Shown here: positions 1 to 10,029 of the stretch, one piece after another
Numbering within the stretch: the first letter of the stretch is position 1
Layout: each line of letters starts with the position of its first letter
NCBI GenBank assembly: GCA_036490295.1
Contig: DASXED010000032.1
Location: forward strand, 2,060 to 66,059
Direction of reading: 5' to 3'
DNA length: 64,000 nucleotides
Source of the DNA: Verrucomicrobiia bacterium
Lineage (GTDB): Bacteria > Verrucomicrobiota > Verrucomicrobiia > Limisphaerales > UBA11358
The notes under the pieces: generated by a model
The model's database searches: none
Told to the model about the DNA's origin: nothing
What the model saw: the letters and a program-made list of their open reading frames with translations, nothing else
Position numbers and translations under genes: made by a program

Positions 1-50
1 GCTTTCATGGACACTTTTATTTTCTAAACGCCTGCCAAATTTTCCGCAAA

Positions 51-1469
51 TCACCCCGCCGCTTTTTTCTTCGTGAAGATGTGCGTCGCGTGGCCGTAAT
101 AGGCGTCCGCGCATTCCATCAACGTCTCGGACAACGTCGGGTGCGCGTGTATGGTCAGCGCGATGTCCTCGACGGTCGCGCCCATTTCCATCGCCAGCAC
201 CGCCTCGGCGATGAGTTCGCCCGCGCCCGCGCCCGTGATGCCCACGCCGAGCACGCGGTCGGTTTCGGGATCAACAATCATTTTCGTCACGCCGTCCGTG
301 CGGTCGAACGTCAGCGCACGGCCCGACGCCGTCCACGGAAATTTCGCGACCTCGTATTTCACACCTTTTTCCTTCGCCTCGTTTTCGGTCAGACCGCACC
401 ACGCGATTTCGGGATCGGTGAACACGACGGCAGGAATCACGCTGTCGAACGCGCTGCTTTCGCCGGTAATGACTTCGACGGCGATGCGCGCCTCCTTGTG
501 CGCCTTGTGCGCGAGCAAGATGCCGCCCGCAATGTCGCCGATGGCGTAAATCGCCGGGTCGCTCGTCTGCTGCTGCGCGTTGATCTTCACAAAACCGCGT
601 TCGTCGAGTTCAACCTTCGTGTTTTGCAGGCCGAGGTCTTTGCTGTTCGGCACGCGCCCGACGGAAACCAAAACGCGGTCGTAAAGTTCGGAAAATTTTT
701 CGCCGTTGTATTCAGATTCAACTTTGATCTGTTTGCCGACGGTCGCCATTTTTGTGACTTTGGCTTTCAGGCGGATTTCCTTGAACATCTTTTTCGCGTT
801 CGCAACGACGGGTCGCGCGAGGTCGGCGTCCGCGCCGGCGAGAATCGCGTCCATCGCCTCGACCAAAACAATCTTGCTGCCGAGCGCGGCGTAGACCGTG
901 CCGAGTTCCATGCCGATGTAACCGCCGCCGACGACGAGCAGATTTTCGGGAATGTCCTCGATCTCGAGCGCCTCGGTCGAAGTCATCACGCGCGGATTGC
1001 CGAGATCGAACGCCTTCGGCATCGCGGGCACGGAACCGACGGCGAGAATCGCCTGCTCGTATTCGATAAATTTTTGGCCTTGCTCCGTTTCGACGCGCAA
1101 TTTGTTCGAGCCTTCAAAATAACCACGCCCGGCGATGACTTCCACGCCGCGCATTTTCGCCAGCGTCGCCACACCGCCGCTCAACTTGGCGATGATGCCA
1201 TCTTTCCATTCGCGCAATTTCGCGACGTCCACCTTCGGTTCGGCGAACGTGATGCCGCGATGCGCCGATTCGCGCGAGTTGACGATCTGATGCGTCGCGT
1301 AAAGCAGCGCCTTCGACGGAATGCAGCCGCGATTCAGACAGACGCCGCCAAGCTTTTTCTCCTTCTCGATGAGAATGACTTTCTTGCCCAAGTCCGCCGC
1401 GTAAAACGCCGCTGCATAACCGCCAGGACCTGCGCCAACAACTACGATTTCTGTTTTGATCGAATCCAT
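51..1469 (-). CDS. lpdA: dihydrolipoyl dehydrogenase (E3 component)
   Basis: 472-aa ORF. It has the FAD fold GAGPGGY, the redox disulfide GGVCLNRGCIPSK and a C-terminal HAHPTLSE motif. It is the last gene of the aceE-aceF-lpd operon. Confidence 0.93.
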   Translation of the reverse strand: MDSIKTEIVVVGAGPGGYAAAFYAADLGKKVILIEKEKKLGGVCLNRGCIPSKALLYATHQIVNSRESAHRGITFAEPKVDVAKLREWKDGIIAKLSGGVATLAKMRGVEVIAGRGYFEGSNKLRVETEQGQKFIEYEQAILAVGSVPAMPKAFDLGNPRVMTSTEALEIEDIPENLLVVGGGYIGMELGTVYAALGSKIVLVEAMDAILAGADADLARPVVANAKKMFKEIRLKAKVTKMATVGKQIKVESEYNGEKFSELYDRVLVSVGRVPNSKDLGLQNTKVELDERGFVKINAQQQTSDPAIYAIGDIAGGILLAHKAHKEARIAVEVITGESSAFDSVIPAVVFTDPEIAWCGLTENEAKEKGVKYEVAKFPWTASGRALTFDRTDGVTKMIVDPETDRVLGVGITGAGAGELIAEAVLAMEMGATVEDIALTIHAHPTLSETLMECADAYYGHATHIFTKKKAAG

Positions 1470-1474
1470 ACAAA

Positions 1475-2761
1475 TTAAATCTTCACAACTTCTTCGCCGA
1501 AATTTTCAAACGCCTTCACCAAGTCCACCGTGAACCGCGCCGCCGCGCCGCCGTCCACCACGCGATGATCGTAAGATAATCCCAACGGCGTCATCATGCG
1601 AACTTCGACCTTGCCATCACGCACGACCGGCTTCAGCGCGCCGCGACCGAGGCCGAGAATCGCGACTTCGGGCAAATTGACAACAGGCGTGAAATGCGCG
1701 CCGCCAATCGCGCCTTGATTTGAAATCGTGAACGTGCCGCCTTTCATTTCGTCGGCGGTGATTTTCCGGTCGCGCGCTTTCGCCGCGAGCGATTCCAGTT
1801 CCTTCGCCAAATCGAACATGGATTTTTTATCCACGTCGCGGATAACGGGAACCATCAAACCTTGATCCGTGTCCACTGCGATGCCAAGGTGGATGTATTC
1901 CTTGATGACAATCTCGCTCGCGACTTCGTCAAGGCTCGAATTGAAAATCGGATGCTTCTTCAAGGTTTCCGCGACCGCTTTTAAAATAAACGGCGTGAGC
2001 GTGAGCTTGACGCCTTTCGCTTCGTAAGCCGCCGCAAATTTCTTGCGAAGCTCGCCGAGCTTCGTGAAGTCCGCGTCATCAAACTGCGTGACGCGCGGGA
2101 CGGAATTCCAGCTTTCGGCCATGCGCCGCGCGATGACCTTGCGCAACAGCGTGACCGGCTTTTTGCTAACCGGCCCCCACTGTGAGAAATCTATTTGAAC
2201 CGGCACAGGTTTCGCCGGCGCAGCGGCACTCGCGGTAGCAGTAGCAGGTTTCGCCGCCGCTTTGACTAAGCGTTGAATGTAAGCGCGCACGTCGCCGATG
2301 ACGATGCGTCCGCCCGCTTCGCTGCCACGGATTTTTCCAAGATTGATTCCAAGCTCGCGCGCCATTTTGCGGATGGACGGCGACGCGGCGACATTTTCAT
2401 CAGAAACCTCTTCTTCGACTTCGGCAGACTCCTCAACAACTTCTTCCGGTTCCGGCGCAGCCTGCGCGACAACTTTTTTCGCCGCCGGTTTCGGCGCAGC
2501 CGCAGCACCCGGAGCAGCCGCGGGCTGGCCGCTTTCCGTGATCGTGATGAGCCGCGCACCGACGCCGACGCGGTCGCCGGCCTTCACATGAACCTTGGCG
2601 ACGACGCCCGCGCCCGTGGACGGGATCGAGGCGACGGCCTTTTCATTTTCCAATTCCAGAATCGCCTGATCCTTCGCGACCGTGTCACCTTCTTTGACGA
2701 AGATGTTGACCACAACGCCGGAATCCGCGCCTTCACCGAGCTTGGGAAGTTTTACATCCAT
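1475..2761 (-). CDS. aceF: dihydrolipoamide acetyltransferase (E2 component)
   Basis: 428-aa ORF. It has one lipoyl domain (LELENEKAV), an Ala/Pro linker, an E3-binding domain (SPSIRKMARELGINL) and the catalytic DHRVVDG motif. Confidence 0.9.
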   Translation of the reverse strand: MDVKLPKLGEGADSGVVVNIFVKEGDTVAKDQAILELENEKAVASIPSTGAGVVAKVHVKAGDRVGVGARLITITESGQPAAAPGAAAAPKPAAKKVVAQAAPEPEEVVEESAEVEEEVSDENVAASPSIRKMARELGINLGKIRGSEAGGRIVIGDVRAYIQRLVKAAAKPATATASAAAPAKPVPVQIDFSQWGPVSKKPVTLLRKVIARRMAESWNSVPRVTQFDDADFTKLGELRKKFAAAYEAKGVKLTLTPFILKAVAETLKKHPIFNSSLDEVASEIVIKEYIHLGIAVDTDQGLMVPVIRDVDKKSMFDLAKELESLAAKARDRKITADEMKGGTFTISNQGAIGGAHFTPVVNLPEVAILGLGRGALKPVVRDGKVEVRMMTPLGLSYDHRVVDGGAAARFTVDLVKAFENFGEEVVKI

Positions 2762-2902
2762 AAATTAACAAGCAGACAGCTTGGAGAAAAATGTTGTGGT
2801 TTTCCAGAAATAAATTTGCACGCAATGTATTGCTGAAGTTGTGGCGTCGGCGCTGTGCGCTGATTAGTCGAGCCGCAGACTCGACGCTACACACAAAATG
2901 CC

Positions 2903-5581
2903 TCAAACAAGCTGCGGCTGGATTTTTTCAGGATCAACTCCGAGGTCTTTGATTGACTTCGCCACAACTTCACGTCCGATCAAACCTTTTTCCGCCAGCG
3001 CGTAGAGCGTGCCGATGACGGTGGACTCCGCGTCCACTTCAAAAAATCTCCGCAGCCGCGCCCGCGTGTCGCTGCGACCAAAGCCGTCCGTGCCGAGTGT
3101 GAACAATCCGCCCGGAACCCATGGCGCAATCTGGTCCGGCACGGTGCGGATGTTGTCGGAAACGGCGACGAACGCGCCCTGCTCTTTCGCCAATAAATTT
3201 TCGACGTAGGATTTTTTGGCCGGTTCTGTCGGATGCAGCATATTCCAGCGCTGGCAACGGATCGCGTCAGTCCGCAAAAGTTTATAGCTCGTCGCGCTCC
3301 AGACATCGGCGGAAATGTCGTAGCGTTCGGCCAGAATTTCCTGCGCCTTCAATGCAGACTGGATGATCGGCCCGCTGCCAAAAATATGCGCCTTGATTTT
3401 TTTGCCTTCCGCGCCAGGCTTGAATTTATACAAGCCTTTCAAAATTCCGTCTTCGACGCCCGCAGGCATCGGCGGCATGACATGATTTTCGTTGTAGAGC
3501 GAAAGGTAATAAAAAACGTCCTCGTTCTCGACATACATCCGGCGCAAACCGTCGGCGATGATCACGGCAAGTTCATAACCGAACGCCGGATCGTAAGGCA
3601 GGCAGGTCGGAATCGTGCCCGCGTGCAGCAAGCTGTGGCCGTCCTGATGTTGCAGGCCCTCGCCGTTGAGCGTCGTGCGGCCGGACGTTGCGCCGAGCAA
3701 AAAACCTTTCGCGCGGATGTCGCCCGCGAGCCAGAACAGATCACCGACGCGCTGCGGGCCGAACATCGAGTAGTAAATGTAAAATGGAATCGTCGGCACG
3801 CCGTGCGTCGCATAGCTCGTGCCGGAGGCGATGAACGACGCCATCGAACCGGCCTCGGTGATTCCTTCTTCAAGAATCTGCCCGTCCTTCGCCTCGTGAT
3901 AGAAGGACAGCGTGTTGCTGTCAACCGGTTCGTAAAGCTGGCCTTTCGACGAATAAATTCCGATCTCGCGGAACAATGTGTCCAGTCCAAATGTCCGCGC
4001 TTCGTCGGGAATGATCGGCACTAGGTTTTTGCTGACGCCCTTGTGCTGGAGCATGAGGCTCAACATCCGGCCAAAAGCCATGGTCGTCGAAACTTCCCGC
4101 GTTGAACCCCTGACAAGCTCGGCAAAGTGATCAAATTTTGGCACGTCAAGCGTGACGGGACTGACGTGGCGCGCGGGCAAAAATCCGCCAAGCGCCTTGC
4201 GCCGTTCGAGCAGGTATTTCATCTCTGCGCTGTCGGCGGGCGGGCGATAAAACGGCGTCTCCGCGATCACATCGTCGCTGACGGGAATCTCGAAGCGCTC
4301 GCGGAATTCGCGCAGCTCCTTTTCGTTCATCTTTTTTTGCTGATGCGAAATGTTCCGGCCTTCGCCCGCTTCGCCGAGGCCGTAGCCTTTCACGGTCTTC
4401 GCCAAAATCACCGTCGGCCGGCCTTTGTGTTCCACGGCCGATTTGTAAGCGGCATAAACTTTCAACGTGTCGTGGCCGCCGCGCAGCAGCTTGCGGATCT
4501 GCTCGTCCGTGAGGTGATTCACAATTTGAAGCAGCTCGGGATATTTGCCGAAAAAATGCTCGCGCGTGTAGCTGCCCGGCTCGACGCAATATTTTTGAAA
4601 ATCGCCGTCCACGCATTCTTCCATGCGCTTGAACAGCAGGCCGCTCTTGTCGCGCTTGAGCAGTTCGTCCCAGTCCGTTCCCCAAATCACCTTGATGACG
4701 TTCCAGCCCGCGCCGCGAAAAAGCCCTTCGAGTTCCTGGATGATTTTTCCATTGCCGCGAACCGGGCCGTCGAGCCGCTGCAAATTGCAGTTGATGACCC
4801 AGATCAGATTGTCGAGATTTTCGCGCGCGCCGAGCGATTCCGGCTCGTCGCATTCGCCGTCGCCGAGAAACGCCCAGACCTTCGGCTCGTCCGTCCAATT
4901 CACCAGGCCGCGCGATTTCAGATAACGGTTGAACCGCGCCTGATACAGCGACATGAGCGGGCCGAGACCCATCGAGACCGTGGGAAATTGCCAGAAATCC
5001 GGCATCAAATACGGATGCGGATAAGACGACAATCCGCCGCCATCAGCCAGTTCCTGCCGGAAATTTTGCAAATGCTTTTCGTCCAAACGGCCTTCGAGAA
5101 ACGCGCGCGCATAAATTCCCGGCGACGCGTGGCCTTGAAAATAAATCAAGTCGCCGGGAAAATTTTCCGTCGCGCCGCGAAAAAAATGATTGAACCCGAC
5201 CTCGTAAAGCGTCGCCGCAGATGCGTAGGTGGAAATGTGTCCGCCGACGTTCGTCGTCGAATTCGCCTTGACGACCATCGCCATCGCGTTCCAGCGCATG
5301 AGGCTTTTGATGCGGCGCTCCGTTTTCCAATCGCCCGGATATTCCGGCTGCTGCTCCGCCGGAATCGTGTTCGTGTAAGGAGTTGTCAACCCGGCCTGCG
5401 GGCGCGGCGCCGTGCGCAATTGATCCGCCAATTTTTCCAGCAGCTTCGCCGTGCGCTCCGGCCCCTGGCTTTGAAGGGAAAGTTCAAAAACTGATTGCAG
5501 CGATTCGCCCCACTTCTCGCCGTTGCCGTTGGAAACAGCGGCGGGGCGCGAACCGTAAATATCTTTAGTCTCGACGTTCAC
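2903..5581 (-). CDS. aceE: pyruvate dehydrogenase E1 component, homodimeric AceE type
   Basis: 892-aa ORF of the typical AceE length. A ThDP-binding region (GDGECDEPES...NCNLQRLDG) is visible. It lies upstream of the E2 and E3 genes. Confidence 0.93.
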   Translation of the reverse strand: MNVETKDIYGSRPAAVSNGNGEKWGESLQSVFELSLQSQGPERTAKLLEKLADQLRTAPRPQAGLTTPYTNTIPAEQQPEYPGDWKTERRIKSLMRWNAMAMVVKANSTTNVGGHISTYASAATLYEVGFNHFFRGATENFPGDLIYFQGHASPGIYARAFLEGRLDEKHLQNFRQELADGGGLSSYPHPYLMPDFWQFPTVSMGLGPLMSLYQARFNRYLKSRGLVNWTDEPKVWAFLGDGECDEPESLGARENLDNLIWVINCNLQRLDGPVRGNGKIIQELEGLFRGAGWNVIKVIWGTDWDELLKRDKSGLLFKRMEECVDGDFQKYCVEPGSYTREHFFGKYPELLQIVNHLTDEQIRKLLRGGHDTLKVYAAYKSAVEHKGRPTVILAKTVKGYGLGEAGEGRNISHQQKKMNEKELREFRERFEIPVSDDVIAETPFYRPPADSAEMKYLLERRKALGGFLPARHVSPVTLDVPKFDHFAELVRGSTREVSTTMAFGRMLSLMLQHKGVSKNLVPIIPDEARTFGLDTLFREIGIYSSKGQLYEPVDSNTLSFYHEAKDGQILEEGITEAGSMASFIASGTSYATHGVPTIPFYIYYSMFGPQRVGDLFWLAGDIRAKGFLLGATSGRTTLNGEGLQHQDGHSLLHAGTIPTCLPYDPAFGYELAVIIADGLRRMYVENEDVFYYLSLYNENHVMPPMPAGVEDGILKGLYKFKPGAEGKKIKAHIFGSGPIIQSALKAQEILAERYDISADVWSATSYKLLRTDAIRCQRWNMLHPTEPAKKSYVENLLAKEQGAFVAVSDNIRTVPDQIAPWVPGGLFTLGTDGFGRSDTRARLRRFFEVDAESTVIGTLYALAEKGLIGREVVAKSIKDLGVDPEKIQPQLV

Positions 5582-5670
5582 TGTGATTCAATTTTCATTC
5601 CGCCGCGAAAATGGGCGCAGGAAATTAGAACCAAATTTAACATTCAACGCCAGCGAAATCAACGCGCCCC

Positions 5671-6489
5671 ATGAAACATTTCGACTTCACGTTTCCGACG
5701 CCCGCAAAAAATCTCGCGTGCGACGAGGCGCTGCTCGACTGGCGCGAGGAAAATAGTGGAACAGGCTTCCAGCCTGTTCATTCGAAAGGCAGGCAGGCCG
5801 GAGGCGCTGTCCCACTTTTCGGCGGCGAAGAAATCCTGCGCTTCTGGGAATCGCCTGAAACATTTGTCGTCGTCGGCTACGCGAATAAAATTGCGGCGGA
5901 AGTGAATGTTGAAAATTGCCGCGCGAAAAAAATCCCAATTTTCCGCCGTTGCTCTGGCGGCGGAACCGTTTTGCAGGGCGCGGGTTGTTTGAATTACGCG
6001 CTCATTCTGCGAATCGCCGAAAAATCCCCGCTGGCGAACATTTCCACCGCCAACCAATTCATCATGGAACGCAACCGCGCGGCGGTTCAATCGCTGCATC
6101 CCTGTTTCCAAATTGACGGCCCGGTTTTTAACATTTCGGTCATTTCAATTTCCGGCCACACCGATTTGACGATCGGCGATTTGAAATTCTCCGGCAACTC
6201 GCAGCGTCGGCGGAAAAATTTTCTGCTCTTTCACGGAACTTTTCTTTTGGAATTCAACCTCGCGCTCGTCGGCAAATTTTTGCAAATGCCGTCCAAGCAG
6301 CCGGATTACCGCAACCGCCGAGGTCATGGCGAATTTTTGATGAATTTGAATTTGTCCACTGATGAGGTGAAAGCTGCCATGCAGAAAATCTGGAAAGCAA
6401 ATGCGCCGCTCGAAAATCCGCCGCTGGAAAAAATCTTCAAGTTGGCGCGTGAAAAATATTCTTCGCGTGAATGGAACGGAAAGTTTTAA
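5671..6489 (+). CDS. lipoate-protein ligase family protein (BPL/LPL catalytic domain)
   Basis: 272-aa ORF with an RRCSGGGTV motif typical of LplA/LipB-type ligases. It is divergent from the PDH operon. Residues NSGTGFQPVHSKGRQAGGAVPL are encoded by a palindromic element. Confidence 0.7.
   Translation: MKHFDFTFPTPAKNLACDEALLDWREENSGTGFQPVHSKGRQAGGAVPLFGGEEILRFWESPETFVVVGYANKIAAEVNVENCRAKKIPIFRRCSGGGTVLQGAGCLNYALILRIAEKSPLANISTANQFIMERNRAAVQSLHPCFQIDGPVFNISVISISGHTDLTIGDLKFSGNSQRRRKNFLLFHGTFLLEFNLALVGKFLQMPSKQPDYRNRRGHGEFLMNLNLSTDEVKAAMQKIWKANAPLENPPLEKIFKLAREKYSSREWNGKF
5755..5816. repeat. paired-hairpin palindromic element (GTGGAAC subtype), intragenic and in-frame
   Basis: The left arm AGTGGAACAGGCTTCCAGCCTGTT forms a 9-bp stem (ggaacaggc/gcctgttcc). 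The right arm is degenerate and ends GTCCCACT. The first 27 nt match the copy at 10534-10560 exactly. Confidence 0.7.
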
Positions 6490-6558
6490 CTTTGTCCGCA
6501 GATCTCGCTGATCAGCATAGATTTAATGTGTGAAATCTGCGTCATCTGCGGATAAAAC

Positions 6559-7977
6559 CTAACCGCCCGCCGCCATTCCAACTCCTGTTCCCGGTTCAGT
6601 CTGGCTTTTCGGATCGAGCAACTCGTCAATTTTCTTTTTGTCGAGGCCGGAAATCTCCAGTGCCACTTCGCGGACGGTTTTGCCGGATTCGTAAGCGACC
6701 TTCGCAATTTTCGCCGCCTTGTCATAGCCGATTTCCGGCGCGAGCGACGTGCACATCGCCAGACTTTTTTCGATGTTGCTTTCGCATTTCTGCGCGTCGG
6801 CTTCCAGACCGGAAATGCAACGACGCGAAAAAACTTTGGCCGCGTTCGCCAGTAAATCAATTGCCTGAAGCAAATTATGCGCGGCGACGGGCAGCATCGT
6901 GTTCAACTCAAAATTGCCGAACGTGCCGGCGAACGTCACCGCCGCGTCGTTGCCGATGACTTGCGCGCCGACCTGAATCACCATTTCGCACATCACCGGA
7001 TTCACTTTGCCCGGCATGATGGAAGAACCCGGCTGCGTCGCCGGCAGTTTGATTTCGCCCAAACCGCAGCGCGGACCGGAACCGAGCCAGCGAACGTCGT
7101 TGGCAATTTTGATCAGGCTCACGGCAACGGTTTTCAACGCGCCGCTCGCTTCGACCAACGCATCAATTGCACTTTGCGCTTCAAAATGATTTACCGCTTC
7201 GCGCAAATTCAATTTTGTTTCGCGCGCAATGCCTTCAATCGTCCGGCGCGAAAATTCCAGATGCGTGTTGATGCCGGTTCCAACCGCCGTTCCGCCGAGC
7301 GGCAATTCGCCTAAATTTTTCCCCAAGGCTTTCAGCCGCGCGATTCCATGTTCAATCTGGCTCGCGTAACCGGAAAATTCCTGTCCGAGGCGAATCGGCG
7401 TCGCGTCCTGCAAATGCGTCCGGCCGATTTTCAAAATCGAATCAAACTCCTTTGCCTTTTTGTCGAGCGACGAATGCAATTCTTCCAGCGCAGGAATTAA
7501 ATTGTGAACGACGCCATCAAGCGCGGCCAAATGAATCGCCGTCGGAATCACGTCGTTTGAAGATTGCCCGCGATTGACGTGATCGTTTGGGTGAACGGAT
7601 TTGTCGCCGCGTTTGCCGCCGGAAATTTCGCACGCGCGATTGGCGATGACTTCGTTGACATTCATATTCGTGGAAGTGCCGGAGCCGGTTTGGAAAATGT
7701 CCACGACGAATTGCGAATCCAATTTTCCCTCGACAACTTCCTGCGCGGCTTTTTGAATCGGATCGGAAATTTTCTGCGGCAGCAAATCCAGCGACGTGTT
7801 TGCGGCGGCGGCGTATTTTTTGATCAAGCCAAGCGCGCGGATGAATTGTCGCGGAAAGCGCAGATTGCCGATCGGAAAATTTTCCACCGCGCGCGCCGTT
7901 TGCGCGCCGTAATAAGCGTCGGCGGGAATTTGCATCTGCCCCATCGAATCGGATTCAGTTCGGAATTCAGTTTTCAT
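6559..7977 (-). CDS. aspA: aspartate ammonia-lyase (fumarase/aspartase superfamily)
   Basis: It carries the GSSIMPGKVNP signature. The N-terminus SDSMGQMQIPADAYYGAQTARAVENFPI looks like aspartase. The start is placed at MKTEF (ATG at 7977), not at the 647-aa ORF start. Confidence 0.78.
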   Translation of the reverse strand: MKTEFRTESDSMGQMQIPADAYYGAQTARAVENFPIGNLRFPRQFIRALGLIKKYAAAANTSLDLLPQKISDPIQKAAQEVVEGKLDSQFVVDIFQTGSGTSTNMNVNEVIANRACEISGGKRGDKSVHPNDHVNRGQSSNDVIPTAIHLAALDGVVHNLIPALEELHSSLDKKAKEFDSILKIGRTHLQDATPIRLGQEFSGYASQIEHGIARLKALGKNLGELPLGGTAVGTGINTHLEFSRRTIEGIARETKLNLREAVNHFEAQSAIDALVEASGALKTVAVSLIKIANDVRWLGSGPRCGLGEIKLPATQPGSSIMPGKVNPVMCEMVIQVGAQVIGNDAAVTFAGTFGNFELNTMLPVAAHNLLQAIDLLANAAKVFSRRCISGLEADAQKCESNIEKSLAMCTSLAPEIGYDKAAKIAKVAYESGKTVREVALEISGLDKKKIDELLDPKSQTEPGTGVGMAAGG

Positions 7978-8058
7978 TTGCGAAAAGTTTATGCCGGACG
8001 CCCGTAAAATTCCACAAAACAAAATTGACCGCCGCATTTTCTGCGCTTCAATTGGGCA

Positions 8059-10011
8059 ATGCCAGTCCGTCGCGTCGCCGTGCAGCCGCCAAAACCGCTC
8101 ATGGTTTTTGACGGCGATTGCAATTTCTGCAAATTGTGGATTCGCCGCTGGCGGCAAATCACCGGCAACGCCGTGGATTATCTGCCGTTTCAAGATTCGC
8201 AAATCGCAAACCAATTCCCGGAAATCCCGCGCGAACAATTTCAAACTTCCGTTCAACTCATCGAACCCGGCGGCGAAGTTTTTTGCGGCGCGGAGGCAGT
8301 TTTTCTTTCGCTCGCCAAAAATCCAAAATGGCGATGGCCGTTGCACCTTTACGAAAATTTTCCGGCTTTTGCCAAATTCACGGAACGCGCCTACAAATTT
8401 GTCGCCGGACATCGAACGGGCTTTTCGCGCTTCACGCGATGGTTTTGGGGCAGGCACGTCGAGCAGCCGGATTATTTTCTCACGCGCTGGATTTTTCTGC
8501 ACGCGCTCGGCGCGATTTATCTCGTCGCGTTCATCTCACTTTGGACGCAAATCAGCGGACTCATCGGTCACAACGGCATTTTGCCGACCGATCAATTCAT
8601 TTCCGCCGTCAAACAACAATGCGACACGCAAGGCATCGGCGTGGAACGATTTCATCTGGTGCCAACTTTGTGCTGGTTTGATTCGTCCGACAGTTTTCTA
8701 AATTTCCAATGCGCCGCCGGAATTACTTTTGCAATTCTTTTAATTTTTGGAATCGCACCCGCGCCGTGCCTTGCGCTGCTTTGGCTGATTTATCTTTCAC
8801 TTTCAACTGTGGGTCGCGATTTTCTTGGCTTTCAATGGGACAATCTTTTGCTCGAAGCCGGATTTCTCGGAATTTTTTTCGCGCCACTGCAATTAGTGGC
8901 ACGGGCGTCCCGCCCGTGTGTTTCGGGCGCGGACATTGATCAAAATCAAAAACTCACGGGCGGGACGCCCGTGCCACAATCGCCGCCGCCAAAAATCGTT
9001 CTCTGGCTGCTGCGACTGCTGTTGTTCAAGCTGATTTTTTCTTCCGGCTGCGTGAAACTTTTGAGCGGCGACCCGAACTGGCGCAACCTGACCGCGCTCA
9101 CGTTTCATTATCAAACCCAGCCGCTGCCGACATGGATTGGCTGGTATGCGCAGCAATTGCCGCTGTGGTTTCAAAAATTTTCCTGCGCCGCGATGTTCAT
9201 CATCGAACTCGGCGCACCGTTCCTGATGTTTGCGCCGCGACGAATTCGATTTTTCGGCTGCGCCGCGATTGTCTTTCTGCAAATTCTGATTTTGCTGACC
9301 GGCAATTACACGTTCTTTAATTTTTTGACGATTGCGCTCTGCCTGTTGCTGCTCGACGATTTTATTTTTCAAAAAATTTTGCCGCGAAAATGGTTTGGGC
9401 GTTCTTCAATCAACCCTCAACCCTCAACCCTCGACAAATTCCGCTGGCCGTGCGCAATCATAATTCCGCTCGCGGTCGTCATTCTCTCAATTTCCGTTTT
9501 CCAAATGATTTCGATGTTTGGCGTGCGAAGCGAATTGTTATTTCCAATCGCAGTCGCCGAAGAATGGCTGCAACCGTTTCGCACGGTGAACAATTACGGC
9601 CTGTTCGCCGTGATGACAACGACGCGCAACGAAATCGTCGTCGAAGGCAGCGACGACGGCGTGAACTGGCTGCCTTACGAATTCAAATACAAACCCGGCG
9701 ACATAAATCGGCGGCCACGCTTCATCGAGCCGTTCCAACCGCGATTGGACTGGCAAATGTGGTTTGCCGCGCTGGGAAATGTCCGGCAGAATCCGTGGTT
9801 TGAAAATTTCTGTGAACGGCTGCTGCAAGGTTCGCCGGAAATTCTGGCGTTGCTGGAAAAAAATCCGTTTCCCAAACATCCGCCTCGCTACATTCGCGCG
9901 CAGCTTTATGATTATCACTTCACCACTTTCGCCGAACGCCGCGCGACCGGCGCGTGGTGGAAGCGCGAATTCACCGGCGAATACTTGCCGCCGGTTTCAC
10001 TTCCTGAATAA
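8059..10011 (+). CDS. DCC-family thiol-disulfide oxidoreductase fused to a lipase-maturation-factor (LMF1-like) membrane domain
   Basis: 650-aa ORF. The N-terminus FDGDCNFCKLW is a DUF393/DCC motif. It is followed by a polytopic membrane region and a C-terminus resembling the LMF family (PRFIEPFQPRLDWQMWFAAL). It contains a translated palindromic element. Confidence 0.65.
   Translation: MPVRRVAVQPPKPLMVFDGDCNFCKLWIRRWRQITGNAVDYLPFQDSQIANQFPEIPREQFQTSVQLIEPGGEVFCGAEAVFLSLAKNPKWRWPLHLYENFPAFAKFTERAYKFVAGHRTGFSRFTRWFWGRHVEQPDYFLTRWIFLHALGAIYLVAFISLWTQISGLIGHNGILPTDQFISAVKQQCDTQGIGVERFHLVPTLCWFDSSDSFLNFQCAAGITFAILLIFGIAPAPCLALLWLIYLSLSTVGRDFLGFQWDNLLLEAGFLGIFFAPLQLVARASRPCVSGADIDQNQKLTGGTPVPQSPPPKIVLWLLRLLLFKLIFSSGCVKLLSGDPNWRNLTALTFHYQTQPLPTWIGWYAQQLPLWFQKFSCAAMFIIELGAPFLMFAPRRIRFFGCAAIVFLQILILLTGNYTFFNFLTIALCLLLLDDFIFQKILPRKWFGRSSINPQPSTLDKFRWPCAIIIPLAVVILSISVFQMISMFGVRSELLFPIAVAEEWLQPFRTVNNYGLFAVMTTTRNEIVVEGSDDGVNWLPYEFKYKPGDINRRPRFIEPFQPRLDWQMWFAALGNVRQNPWFENFCERLLQGSPEILALLEKNPFPKHPPRYIRAQLYDYHFTTFAERRATGAWWKREFTGEYLPPVSLPE
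8895..8978. repeat. paired-hairpin palindromic element (GTGGCAC subtype), intragenic and in-frame
   Basis: GTGGCACGGGCGTCCCGCCCGTG (8896-8918) and its exact reverse complement CACGGGCGGGACGCCCGTGCCAC (8955-8977) flank a 36-nt spacer. The element is translated as VARASRPCV...TGGTPVPQ. Confidence 0.85.
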
Positions 10012-10029
10012 AATGCCGCCGCGAAATTC

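Noticed and set aside
81-1478. A 465-aa plus-strand ORF antisense to lpdA. There are many similar long ORFs: 4127-5494, 11215-12024, 28663-29319, 30890-31999, 43600-44523, 47762-48496, 50900-51589, 55409-56101, 56909-58009, 58080-58961 and 62906-63808.
   Set aside because: These are Arg/Ala/His-rich shadow frames opposite well-supported conserved genes in GC-rich DNA. They have no recognisable motifs. Each fully overlaps a gene with a strong family signature.
7978-8502. A 175-codon N-terminal extension of the aspA ORF (the 647-aa version).
   Set aside because: Homology to aspartase begins at MKTEFRTESDSMG. The extension overlaps the divergent DCC/LMF gene start and has shadow-ORF composition.
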